Shown here in pieces: positions 47,533-60,499 of a stretch of DNA of 64,000 nucleotides. The stretch's first letter is position 1. Every line of letters starts with the position of its first letter. Location of the stretch: NCBI RefSeq assembly GCF_000143415.4, contig NW_003314301.1, forward strand, positions 282,259 through 346,258, given 5' to 3'. A program made the position numbers and the translations under genes. Under the pieces are notes generated by a model that had not been told where the DNA came from, ran no database searches, and saw only the letters and a program-made list of their open reading frames with translations. This stretch comes from Selaginella moellendorffii. Lineage: Eukaryota > Plantae > Lycopodiophyta.

Positions 47533-48546
47533 TCACACCTTGACGAACTGGTGCCAGATTTCATAGTGATTGAACAAGAGACTATCGTGTGTCTGCTTGC
47601 CAACGTACTCCAGCTTCAGCTCTCGCAGCTTTTTGTTACACTCGTCTCCTCCGAGCCTGCTGCAAAACTTTATGTTGTGAGACACGAAAACTCTTCCACC
47701 CGGCTTGATCCTCGGCACGAGCTTCTCGAGACCAGTCCAGACGAGTTTATCAGGCATGTGAAGAAACGCTGCGCTTGCATAGACTACATCGTATTCATTG
47801 TCTCCTAACAGCTCGAATTCCAGATTGTCGCTGCGAACGATGACGGGTCTCTTGTGAAGCAGTCCTTGCGATGGCAACTCGTAAGAAAACGCAGCCATGA
47901 GCGAGAGCGGATCCTTTTCGATGCAGTGGTAGTTCCCGGCCGCGAGAAATCTGATGAAATGGAGGCCAACGCGCAGAGTTCCACAGCCAACTTCCAACAC
48001 CCGGTGGTGTCTCTTGAGAGCCGAGGCCTTTGCGATGAACTCAAAGACGTCTCGACCTCCAGCCCAAGGCTCGCCATAGTTGCTGTGGTGCTGCTCGACG
48101 AGAAGCTCGCTCGGACAAGGTAATCTCGTGTGGTTTTTCTCTTCGCTTTCTTCGTAATGAGATATCCCGTGGTACCTGTAGGAAGGAAACGCCAGCTCGC
48201 AACTCAAGCTTGCTATAGAGATCACTCGACCTTACCGGCGAAGATCATAGAGTTGCTCCTCTCTCGTCCGGGGATTTATCCCTTTGCGCATCCGGATCCA
48301 GTCCTCGGCCGACTTTGGAGGATCCCCAAGCTGGGCATTTGCCATCTGCGACGAAACCCATGTCAAATCCTCGCGACTCACACCCACAGCGTCCTCTTCG
48401 CGAGATTCGAGAGCTTGCTGCTGCTGCGGAGCGAAGGAGATCGATGGGCACAAGATGGTGGCGGTGTGAGGGAACAGCAGGAAGATCACGAGCAGTGGAA
48501 CAGAGACAACGAACCAGGAGAGAACGAGCGCTTTGGGACTGGCCAT
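47533..48546 (-). CDS. Class I SAM-dependent methyltransferase with N-terminal membrane anchor (2 exons: 48546-48236, 48175-47533)
   Basis: VLEVGCGTLRVG motif I, YDVVYASAAFLH, KPGG; 60-nt GT-AG intron in phase. Confidence 0.9.
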
Positions 48547-48640
48547 GGCTTGAATCTAAAGCTACATTCTCTAGAGCAATGTCAGGAACCCTAAAAATTA
48601 GAACTTGGTACGGCAATGGTATACGGACGTTAGGTCACCC

Positions 48641-51600
48641 ATGGCGATGGCGTCAATGCGGGGCTTGCAGATGTTTATCACGGATGTGAGGAACTGCCAG
48701 AGCAAGGATCAGGAGATGGCGCGCGTCGAGAAGGAGCTCAATAAGATCCGGATGAAATTCTCATACGAGAAGGTAGCAAATCTCTCTCTCTTTTTTTACG
48801 TTTCGATGGAACTGTGCGCAAATTTCAGAGTTTATCGTCGTATGAGAAGAAGAAATACGTGTGGAAGCTGCTCTACATCCACATTCTTGGCTATCAGCTT
48901 GATTTTGGGCATCGAGAGGTTCTTTCGCTTGTTGGATCGCATAAATATGCTGAGAAGCAAGTGAGTTCTCTCGGAGTTCTACTTTTCTCTCTCTCTTGCT
49001 TCACTGCTTATAGCTAAGGGCTAAGGAAATGCTCGCAGGTTGGCTACATGGTTGCTGGATGTTTGCTCCACGAAAACCATGAGTTTCTCAACTTGATCAC
49101 CAAAGCTATTCGTCTCGACATTATTGGTCGCAGCGAAACGTATCAGTGCCTTGCACTAACAATGGTAAGATCAATCGAAAGCTTTACACCAAGAGAAAAG
49201 AAGAAAACTCTCTCGTGCATGATCACAGATTGGAAACATCGGCGGCAGAGATTTTGCCGAAGCCTTGGCTCCGGATGTACAAAAGCTTGTCGTAAGTAGC
49301 TCCATTACTGCTCCTCTCGAATTGACAATGGAAGGCGCTATTTCTTTTCCAGGTTTCTGGTTCTTGTCGACCACTTGTGCGGAAGAAGGCGATTCTCTGT
49401 CTCCTTCACATTTACCGAAAGCATCCGGAGGTTATCCAACTGGATATATGGTAAGGAACTTATCCTAGTTTGCAGCATCAACTTGCATTGCTTGAAACTG
49501 GCTTGATCGGTCTGTAGGCCTGACCACATTGTGAATCTTCTTGACGAAAGAGATTATGGTGTTCTTTTATGTGTGATGACATTGCTTGTTGCACTAGCTT
49601 CAAATAATCCTCAGCAGTATTACTACTGTGTCTCAAAGTGTGTTCGCATTCTAGAAAGATTGTTGCGAAGTCAAAGCATTCCACAGGACTACACGTTCTA
49701 TGGAATCCCGTCTCCTTGGCTGCAGGTTTCTAGCTTAACTGCAGCTTCAGCAAATTCAAGTGCTAATAGTTCACTTTCAGGTGAAGACGATGCAAGCATT
49801 GCAACTGCTTCCATTGCTTGAAGACCCCTCTAGTGTGCGGCTGCTTCTCGAGGTTGTCTTCGTTCTCTCTCCCTCTCTTTTTTCTTCTCGTTAGACTTTA
49901 TATGACCATCGTTTTTTCTATCAGCTTCTCGAACGTGTTGTGATTGGGACCGACATCACTCAAAGTATAAACAAAACAAATGTTATGCACGCGGCTTTGT
50001 TTGAAGCCATGGAACTGGTAAGTTACTTCCTAGTTTTAGTCCGGCTTTGCTAACGATACTACAGCACCCTTGTCACAGATCATGCTGATTGATACACAGC
50101 AGAGTTTGATCCCAAGGTGTATGGTATCGCTTTCGAAGTTTGTTAGTCTTCGTGAACCGAACCTTCGATGTCTAGGCATGGTAATGTGCTTTGATGTACT
50201 CTCATTATATACTACTAACGTTGTTCATTGTAGAGAGTTTTAGCCCGGCTGCTGTCTGTGGCCGACGTCCGTGATAATGTGTGTGTTTATGAAACTGACA
50301 TTCTATTCTCCTTGAGAGAGGAAGACCGAAGGTTGGTTTGTTTGTTTTCCGGGTTTCCTAGTGATAAGTAACCCATTTGACAGTATCCAGAAGGTCTCTG
50401 TAGACCTTCTTTACGAAATATGTGATGCGACGAATGTCAAGCGCATAGTTGAAGAGTCCTGGAGGTATTTGGTTTTGTTTGTTTTGATTTCGAAATCAAA
50501 CGGTAACTTGTATGTAGTGTTTCTCTACGGCCGAGTTTGATGTTCAAGAAAGTATTGCCACAAAGGCTGGCCTTCTTGCAGAAAAATACGCAACAGATTG
50601 CTCCTGGTAAGCACAAGCTAGTGCTGGTTCAGAATGAGATGCGGTTTTGTTGAGATGTGGTGTGTGTCAGGTATGTGGACGTTGTTTTGCTTCTAGTTGA
50701 AAAAGGTGGAGCCCTTGTTCCGGATGATGTCTGGCGAGGGTTGATTCAATGCGTTGCAGAACATGACGATATACAAGTCTACGCCGCCACCAAAGCTCGG
50801 GAGTACATCAGCAAACCGATGGTTCACGAGACCATGCTTAAAGTAAGTTTTTCTGATTTCCGAACGACGACTCAGTAATGATTTTTTTGTCAGATTGCTG
50901 GGAGTCTTCTTGGAGACAACAGCCATTTACTTGCGCGAAAACCTGGCTACACTCCCAAGGAGATCTTTTGGGCCCTTCACGATAAGTTTTCAAATGTGAG
51001 GTAGGATGTGTGCTCCACTGAACTTTAATGAGTTTGATTATGTTTCCAAACAGTACGCCAACCAAGATGGTGCTGCTGTCTGCCTATATCAAATTGTTAC
51101 TGCATACACAGCCTGCAGATGAAGAGCTCCGGAAGGAAATTTTTCCTCTTTTTGAAAAGTGAGCTATTCTTGTTCTTTCCTTCCCTCATACTAGCATTCA
51201 CTACAGGTATGGGGAGCACCTTGAAGCAGACTTGCAACAACGTGCTATGGGATTTTTCTCTTTAAGCCAGCAGGATCAGAATATTTCTAATGAAGAACCA
51301 AAGCGACAGGTTCGTTCTTACAAGTGATGATTCTACGCAGTCTGACGTGCTTTTGCAGGAAGCTCCGGTAAAAAGCTCAAGGGATTCTCTCCCTGGAGTA
51401 CGTTATTTTGATTTTCTCATCGTCAGTAACATTTTTCTGGTCTATATTCCATCCAGACTTCAACAGCTAGAGCACCTGAAGTAGATCTTCTTGGGGACTT
51501 AGTGGCTCCTCGGCAAAACGACCCATTTCAAACGGGAATTACAAAGGATCCATTCTCTTCAATGCTCGCTCCTGCTGTTCAGGTAATAGAGTCTTTATTA

Positions 51601-53386
51601 TCCTTGCAGTAACTTGTTCTTTGTTTCTTTTGGTTTTTGCAGCCAACTGGAAACCTCATCGAATGGTTTAACGCCTTGTGTTACAAGGATACTGGAATCT
51701 TGTATGAAGATCCATACGTTCAGGTTTCTGGCATTGTTTAAGCTTGCAATTTGTGATTTTTCTTGGGTGCTTAGATTGGGATTAAAGCGCAATATCAAGG
51801 TCCTCGTGGCGAGATAAATTTCTATCTTGGTAATAAGCAAAGCGAGACTTTGACATCAGTCCGAGCCATTATCCTACCTCAGCCACATCTTAGAGTTGAA
51901 TTTCCGGGAGCTCCTCCAAGCATACAAGCTGCTGAACAGGTAGTAATGTCGTTGATAAGACTTCTAATTTCTTCATGATCGCCGTTGCAGATACAAGTGC
52001 TTCTTAAAGTGGCATGCTTGTATGCTGGGAGAATTGCTCCACTTCTCGACTTTTCTTATATGGTTTCTGGCATGACAGTAAGCTAAGCTTTCCCGTGTTT
52101 TATTTAGTGCTAACGTCCGCAGAACTCTTCTAGGTGTCTGTCAAATTGCGGATTCCAATTGTAATCAGCAAGTTTTTGCAACCAGCCACTCTCTCTGCAA
52201 ACGATTTTTTTTCTGCCTGGAGAGCTCTTGTTACAGCTCCAAACAAGCTTCAAGAAGTGGTATATGATCCTTTTCCATCGTTTTCTTCTGACTTCTATGA
52301 ATCCCTTTACAGATTCGTGGACTGCAGTATTCTACTGTCTCGGAGTTTTCTGACAAGCTAAACGGACTTCGCATAGGCGTGGCTACTGGACTGGTAAGCT
52401 AAGTCTGTTTTATAGATGCAAAACACGTAGACAAAGTTATCTTCCAGGAACCCAATCCCAATAACCTCGTTGCAGCCTCGAGTTTTCATTCAGAAACTGG
52501 TGGTGCTTTGCTGTGCATGGTAAGTTCATACCATTACGTACTCATTCCAGAGCTAAACAGGTTCCGTTTTCCCAGGTACGCATCGAAACAGATCCGGCTG
52601 ATAAGACGCAGTTACGCTTGACAGTCGCGTCGCCGAATTCACGCTTAGCACTAGAGTAAGCTTGATACTCTAAGCAGCACGTAGCTTGATTTTCTCATTT
52701 TTTTGTCCAGACTCAAGGAGTTTCTCAAAGAGCAATTGCCTGTGACTTTGCCAACGTCTACTCCTCCTGTTCAAACAGCTATGGTTCCAGTCCCACCCGT
52801 TTTACAGCCAGTTCTGCAGCCAGTTCAGTCAGTTCCAGCACCGATACTCTCCGCCCCTCCCATCACTGCAATGAGTTCTTCCAATCTGCAAGCGTTTCCC
52901 ACAGTTTCCACAGGCTTCGCTCAGAAACCTCTTCCTCTTTCTCGCAGTTTCACAACTCTGGCCATGATGGCTGGTCAAAATCTTTCGAGCTCCAATCCCT
53001 TCCCACCTATGAACGTCCCCGCGGTGCTTAATGATCCTCTTGCTGATCTCTTCGCTCCCAGTGATTTTGCGGCCTTAGCAAAGCCTTCCGCGTCATCATC
53101 CAATGCTGCACCAGTTTCTCTTCAAGAACCTCTCTCCTCAGCTGCTGTTCATATTCCTGCTTCGAACTACAGACAGGAAAACACTGGAGCCCCAGACAGT
53201 ATTGATCTTCTCGGACCCGACACTTCAGCCGAAGCTCTAGTCTCCAATCCAAGCTCGAGCGGCGAACAGTTTACAGCTGGCAATCCGTTTACTGACCTCG
53301 ATAGCGCTCCTGAAGCTTCTACTCCACCTCCAAATGCTCAACCGAGAAATCCAGCGTCAACTTTTGACTTCGAGGACCTCTTGTAG
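48641..53386 (+). CDS. AP-2 complex alpha-adaptin-like protein, divergent, >20 exons, with a long C-terminal tail
   Basis: MRGLQMFITDVRNCQ, EKKKYVWKLLYIHILGY, YGIPSPWLQV, REPNLR, GILYEDPYVQ, RIETDPADKTQLRLTV, LKEFLKEQL. Confidence 0.92.
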
Positions 53387-53445
53387 ATAACAGGTACTTC
53401 TTCTTCTCCGTTTTCTTTTATCTCATTTCTCGCTCTAGGGTTGTA

Positions 53446-54013
53446 ATGGCTGCTGCAGAAGGTAGCGGTGCTGCTGCTGCGCCATCGTCCCTGGATGGTG
53501 TTGGAGGCGATTCTTTACCGGTAAACTTTCATGGGAATCTCGTTAGTGCACGCAACAACGAACAGTTTAAGTCGCTGTTGGATCGGGCCAAGGCGTCAAA
53601 GAAGACGGTGAGCCTGTACTTCAAAGAGATTCCTCTTCCCTTATATGAGCTTTTTTTTATTTCTCTCGCTCTCTTTGCTATCTGGCTTTGATACACTGAT
53701 AGACGATCGTGAGCTTTGGAGCATCATGGTAACGATTTACCATTCTTCGTTTCTTTGCTGATGTATTTCTTTTTCTTCTCTCGATGCATCCAGGTGTGTT
53801 ATGTGTAAACAAATGCTCCCGACGTTTTGCAATCTTAGCAACGAATACCCGCGATCGCTGTTCATCTACGCGGACATAGACGAGTGCCCGGACGAAACCA
53901 AAGACGTGCGCTACACCCCCACATTCCGGTTCTACTCCAACGGCGACAAAGTGGACGAGTTCTACGGAGTTGGAGCTCAGAGGCTCCGTGATCGCGTCTG
54001 GCTCCACTCTTAG
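53446..54013 (+). CDS. Thioredoxin-like 3-3 type protein (exons 53446-53607, 53703-53728, 53794-54013)
   Basis: Spliced WCVMC active site; ADIDECP, RYTPTF, RLRDRVWLHS terminus. Confidence 0.9.
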
Positions 54014-54203
54014 AACTCTCGCGGACATTACGGATGACGTGAGAAGATAATAAAATTGTATGCACAGAAGCGCCAAAACCTGACCAGAAAATCTCTCCGG
54101 CCAGAACGTATGCAGGATTACAAGCCAACTCTACAGTTATGTTTGCCACATTGAAGACAATCAAGAGTATATTTCTTGGGTGGGCCCAATATCTCCATGC
54201 ATA

Positions 54204-54255
54204 GAATATGGAAAGAGAATATAAGAAATATACATATAAATTAGCCCAAAAACCT
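54204..54255 (+). mobile_element. Fragment of the same LTR family as 32151-32326
   Basis: GAATATGGAAAGAGAATA.AAGAAATAT.CATAT.AATTAGCCCAAAAACC. Confidence 0.65.
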
Positions 54256-54831
54256 TGATGCTGAATGAATGAATATGAAATATAAACAAACTATGCTTGT
54301 TTGCTTGAGCTTTCATTGGGTAAACCAAACATCTCATACACACAACATCAAACAACCAAACATCTTGTCATACCAACAAATCAAACCATCTGTGAACGAT
54401 CAAGTTTCTTAACCACGATAAATAAGGTTGTTTTGATACTCGTGGGTCTCATGATTTAAGTTTTTTAAAAAGGCCACGACAGCTTTTCAATATTTTCCTC
54501 TACAAACGCACAGCTGATAAGGAGTGTGCTTTGATCATCCTGGCCCAAAACACCTTGCTGAACATTCTTCAGTTCAACCTTTATGACAAAAGCTTAAAAC
54601 GAGTTTTAAAACAGGAAGCATAGTGGCACTATTAGTTGATTCATTGTTCTAACTCCCCTCTGCAAGAGAATCATGTCCTCCCAACAAGATGTAGTTGCTC
54701 GCTCTTCTTCTTTCTCTCACACCATTGATGGAGATAGTATTTCTTCCAATGTCCAATTCCAATTCCTCCGCCACAACCAGCCTTCCTAATCATAATCATG
54801 CTGCTGCTGCTGTTCTGTGTTTGAATCCAAG

Positions 54832-56261
54832 ATGACAATGCTGCTCCAGGGATCTGGGAGTTCACCCTCTGCGAAGGCCGCCAGCAACAATTCTTCTGCT
54901 CATGATCAATCGGTCTCCTCGGAGACTGGAAGCCTCTTGTGGTTCTACTACAAGAACAAGAATATCCGATTCTGGCTGCCAATTGTCGTCCTGCTCAACA
55001 GCTGCCTCACCTACGTTTTCTTCGTCCGTGGCAGCCAGAATTCCCCGGTTGCTCCAATTCTCCCAGATCTCCAAAACTCCTCAAATTCAGGTAATTTAGA
55101 TTTGAAACAAAGTTTCAGGGATACTAAAATGCTACAGACACCTGCGATTTGAGCAAGGGCGAGTGGATTTTCAACTCGACACCACCGCTCTATACGAATT
55201 CCACCTGCGATCAAATCCAGCTTCTCCAGAACTGCCTGGGAAATGGGAGGCCTGACACGTGCTACCTGCATTGGCGATGGCGGCCTCACAACTGTGAGCT
55301 CCTGCTTTTCGACCCCGCCACCTTTCTCGAGCTCATGCGGGCCAAAAGTATGCTCTTCTTTGGGGACTCGCTCGCCAGGAACCACATGCAGTCGCTTCTT
55401 TGCTCCCTCTCCCCGGTGAGTTCCTCAAACCTCGATTCAAATTTGTCTCAATGTGGTCACATAAAAAAGGTGGAGAGACCCGACAAGGTGTACTCGCGAG
55501 AGGACAAAGGACGTGAAATGGGAGTTCCAATCCTACAACTTCACGCTTGCCATCGTCTGGTCGCCATTCCTCGTCAAGCATGTCAAGGTTCACGACGATC
55601 CACTTCTCTTCAATCTCCACTTGGACGTCCCACACCCGGCATGGTGGCCATCGCTCGCGAGCTACGATTTCGCGGTCATGTCCACGTCCCAGTGGTTCTT
55701 CCGCCCAAGTATCTACACGATCAACAACACAATCTTTGGCTGCAACAAGTACTCGCACGAAAACTACACTGACGTACACTTCCTCACGGCGCTGGAGCTC
55801 GCATTCCGTACGTCCCTCCGCGCCATCGCCAAGCTGTACGGCTACAAGGGGACCACGTTCCTCCGTACTGCGTCTCCGGACCACTTCGAGCACGGGACGT
55901 GGAGCAACGGCGGGACGTGCAACCGTACGCGGCCGACGCACTCTGTACGCGATGCCATACGCGGTGGCGTTGGTGAGGTGGAGCTGCCGTGGCTGCCGAG
56001 CAATCTCAACCGTGTGCAGCGCGACGAGGCACGGAAGTTCGACCCATCCAATGGCTCCAGGCTGCGGGTGCTGGACGTGACGTACAGCACCTTCCTCCGG
56101 CCAGACGGCCACCCCGGCCATACAGAACATACCAGCCATATGCAGGAGAGATCACCCGCTACATCCGAAATGATTGCTTGCACTGGTGCTTGCCCTGGCC
56201 TGTGGATATGTGGAACCAGCTCCTCCTGGAATCAGTGAAGAAGTCGGAGAAGACACAATAG
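54832..56261 (+). pseudogene. Trichome birefringence-like (TBL) polysaccharide O-acetyltransferase with two frameshifts
   Basis: TM anchor, CDLSKGEW, GDSLARNH, RPDGHPG, DCLHWCLP; introns 55091-55137 and ~55416-55469; extra base at ~55507 and missing base at ~56118. Confidence 0.85.
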
Positions 56262-59200
56262 TTTGTTCTTTTGTTCTAGTCAAGTTTGTCTAGAGAAGCT
56301 TTCTTTGGCGAATTTAGTCCAGGCTCTAAAAAACTTGAATTGTAAACTTTGCAAGAAACATGAGATCTATTTTACAACAATAAAACACATAGACCTGCAG
56401 TAATGTTACTAGTCATGTCCAATTCCAAGCTTCTTTAGGTGATTTTGACCTTGGCTCTTCTCAAGCAAGAAAAATGTGGGTTTATTGAGTATCAGCAAAA
56501 CTTGAATGATGGCTATTACTATTGCACACAAAGAAACTTTCTTGGTGGAAAGCATGGCTACTGGAGCAGAGCAGCATACCTCTCTTAAGAGTTGCATAGG
56601 ACAAGATTGCTTGGCATCATTTTGTGGGGAGATTGGTTTAAATCTTCTTTTGATTTTTTTCTAATAATAAAAAACTATTTTGCCAAAGGATTTAATATTT
56701 TCATAGTCAGGGTTTATTATGGCAAGTAATTTATGCAGACCTAGCGGCAAAAAAAAAATGTATTAAGCTGCAAAATGTATGAATTTAAAACACAATTGTA
56801 AAATATATATATATGACTCACAAATAATCTTTTGGATGCCATGTTTTTTTTCAAGACATATATATATTGGCATGCATTGCCACATATGAGTTCTTAATCC
56901 ATGTAAGTTTATTTACCACATCAACATCTTCTTCTTTGTCACTAAAGTTTAGCAAGAATGGCAAGAATGTATGTCTTTAGATGTGCTCACTACATCACTT
57001 CCATTCTAGTGAGCAGAATGGAAGCACAGCTAAACTAGGCATGATAGATGTTAATTGTGAGAAGAGCATTAGCCATAAGCCATCACGTGCTCGCTATTGT
57101 CCATTGTCAACTACACCACACCATTGCTGTGCTCAATGAAGGCCTTTGATGCATTGAGCACACACTTGTGATCTTTAGCAGTTACATGCAGTTGGGTGTT
57201 GATCTAGAGTCTGGCAAATCTCTACCTCAGAACAGAAAATCACAAATACCACACATATTACAATATGATGCTCAAACTCTTCACCAAGAACAAAAGTTTG
57301 TTCTAGGGGAGTAGAATCCCAATAGAGACTAGATAAGCATATTAGCGAATTGATAGAGATTGTAGTTCTGTATGGCATGCTAGATGAGTCGGAATGTATG
57401 ATCCTATTGTCAAAAAAAAGGAGATGACGTGTGGCATGAAGTGTTTATGCATGTGGCATGTCCTATGCAAATATTATAATACACACAATTAGGTTTAGAT
57501 TGCTATTATAAAAATTAAAATGTGATTGTGTGCAATTAAAAACAAAAATTATACTCACATATGTAAATATAACAACACAATATTTCTACAGTTTGAATTC
57601 AAACTTGAGCATAAGTAAAAGCCATGTCTATGGTTCCTCAATTCATAACCAAGTGAAATGCCCCTTTCTATACATATCAATAACAATGGTGGATTAAACT
57701 CTTTTAGGGGGAGATGTGGTGCAATTTGATTTAGCACTTCAAAATGATGATTTTGACTATGGAGTGCTATTGCCTAATTGATATGAGGGATGATTGGTAT
57801 GCTCATGGCTTGCTTGAGGTTCTTTATGCCAACTTTATGCAATGCCTTCAGAAACCATATAATGCACACTCTCACAAAGAGGCATAGATATTGCCCTACA
57901 CATATTCTGGCAAAATTCCCACTGAATGAGCAAAGGGTATGGTGGTGACAAAGTTTCTATTCTAATATATGTTCAATGCAATATTATTGTGTTTTTAACC
58001 CCAAGAGACATTGTTGCATTAAACAATGACAAAGTGTACCAAAACACTGCTTTTGTCCCTTTTCACGAGGTATACATGCAAGGTCTCTCTCAATCAATTC
58101 ACCTAGTGTTTTTTCTTTCCAAGAGCTAGTAGGCCTCTACAATTACATGTATAAAAGTAATGTGGAAGGCCTTGAGTTCAACCACAAGGTCATCTTGCAC
58201 CTCACATTTACACTAGAGGATGTATATTCCATATCACCCTTCTCATATGTATGTATTTAGATCATACTATCACATTAATAGGGTTGCCTGTGCAACAAAG
58301 AGAAGCATGCTAGATGCTACTTCAGGCCTTGATATATAATATTAGCTTGAGTATGGTCAAGCACTGTGACTGGCAAATGTAGAGCCACACCTTCCTAAGG
58401 CAATAACTTACTCCTCCAGTTTAGAGGTTGCGGACCACTACTATGATGCAGAGCAATTTCTGCACAAGCTAAGGTATACCTCTATTCAGTGTGTGTTGAG
58501 TGGCTTAGGCAAGATACAGTATTGGATATAATGACTATTTTCATTTAAGTGAGGCTTTTATGGGGTTATGGGACAACACTTTTATAGAGTTTAGGTGATA
58601 ACAATTTTGTGGAGTTTATACAATAATAGTTTTGATAAATATAATCACATAAAAAGATGAAGTTTAAATATAATATGTAGGATTTTGGCTCTGTTTCTTC
58701 ATTCAGTGGCCCAAGGCTTTGAATCTCGGGTTCCGCTCCACTATCCTTGGGCACATGGCAACTTTGATAATAACCTACACTAAGGAATTCCATGCATGTA
58801 GCAAAATGATGGAGTATGTGCAACTTTCAGGTTCTAATTGCCATTATTGCAGTCTCAAAGAACACTTTCACCTCCATAAAGACCCATACATGCACTTATA
58901 TGTTGTATGGTGGATGTTGTGTAGTGTCGAAAGTTTGCTAATAAAGTGTTAGTCACTGTTATTATCTCAATGAAGAAAATGTGATGCATTGAACTTGAGG
59001 GTACATAACACCAACCTCTACTGCCCCTAGGATCTCTTTGTATTCTTGTAGACCCTTATTTTGTCAAGTGAAATTTGTTAGCTATCTACATCACCTTCTG
59101 CCACACTCCACATGACGTTGAGCAACTCCCATATTACATGTTGACATATGGCATATTCATGCAAACTGTGTGTAATAACACAATTGTGCATAGGCAATTT

Positions 59201-59299
59201 AGTTACATCTTTGCCTCTAGAATTTAGAACATCAAGATCCTAGCCATATACACTTTTGTGAAAATTTTCTCTAGAAGCTTTCTCACCTTTAGAGCATAT

Positions 59300-60250
59300 G
59301 CTTGCTAATTTCACCCTCCCTCATACTTGTCAAAGTATGTGTGCAAAACATGCTGTACTTGGCCTCATATGGCTTCCATATCCTTTTTTGTCAGCCCTCT
59401 GAAGTCTTGTATATCATCATCTAGCACCAATTGGCCACCAACAAACTGGTCAGCTAAGGGAAAAGCTAGCTTGTTCTTCTGAAAAACCTATGTACTCCAA
59501 GTTGAGGCAAACATTCACACACTTGCAACACTCTAAATTTGAAATATATATCTTGACATGCTCACCTAAGGGGTATCAGCATATATCTAGCCATGCTGGG
59601 GAGATTGTGATGACTGTGACACCAAAGTAGAAAGCACAGTGTTTCTAAGACATCAGGATCAGAATTCTCCTTTTATGGATATCCACCAAGAGGATTGACC
59701 AATTGGGCTGGTTTGTGTTTAGGTTCCATTCACAAGTGTTTAGCTGCCGTTCTAGTGTGTTACCTTTGTCTTGACACTCACAGGTCCAGGGGTTCCATCC
59801 ATGCCTGCTGCCATATACATGGAACTTGCTTCATAGGTAGTGCCCAATACCACACTCAAGTGTGGCCACCATCAAAATTGGTGTTTTCAGGCACAACACT
59901 ATCTCCTGGATCACCATGCTCGAGGCATGCATGCAAAACAGTTCTCCCATGGCTCTATCTCCAGAAAAACAGTGGAGAGCAAAGTAGTCCCACTTAATGG
60001 AATCCAAGGGGCTTGAGAGGTTGGCAATATAAGTATTGAGAGCCATGGTCACTAAGTTATGTGCTCAATTGTCCAGAAGGTCACCAAGTATCAAAGCTTA
60101 TGGACCAGGAATTTCCAAAAATCCTGGTGGCAATCTCTTCAAGGTATTGATGGAGCCAGAATGCTCAGTGCTGTTGGCATTCCTGGTTCTTAGGTAGGTT
60201 AAGTTCTTTACGGCCAGATAATGTAGGTTAACTGGCCACAAGCCTTAGGT
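59300..60250 (-). mobile_element. Possible highly degenerate retroelement pol remnant
   Basis: Weak RT-like peptide KCVNVCLNLEYIGF around 59490-59525; otherwise stop-riddled. Confidence 0.3.
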
Positions 60251-60499
60251 AGGTTAAGTTCCTTGCCAGATAATGATTACTTTGAACTATGCAGGATATC
60301 CTATTTGGTCAAATAGTATGGCACGTAGGTTTACTAATAGGATGCCATAGGTGCATTTCCTTCCTCCCACCAGCCAATGGACAACCACGTCACTGGGCCT
60401 GAGACCAGACGGCTGCACCTGCTCCCTATATATTGTGATGATAATGGTGATGAGTGGTGATACTGCTAAAGTCAACAACGAAATATGTAGATACTGAAT

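Noticed and set aside
45217-54013. Operon-like spacing suggesting bacterial contamination
   Set aside because: Four of the five genes have spliceosomal introns, and alpha-adaptin and plant-type MMP are eukaryotic.
60189-60275. Short direct repeats CTTAGGTAGGTTAAGTTC...GCCAGATAATG
   Set aside because: Simple local duplication; no TSD, TIR or link to the adjacent gene is evident.
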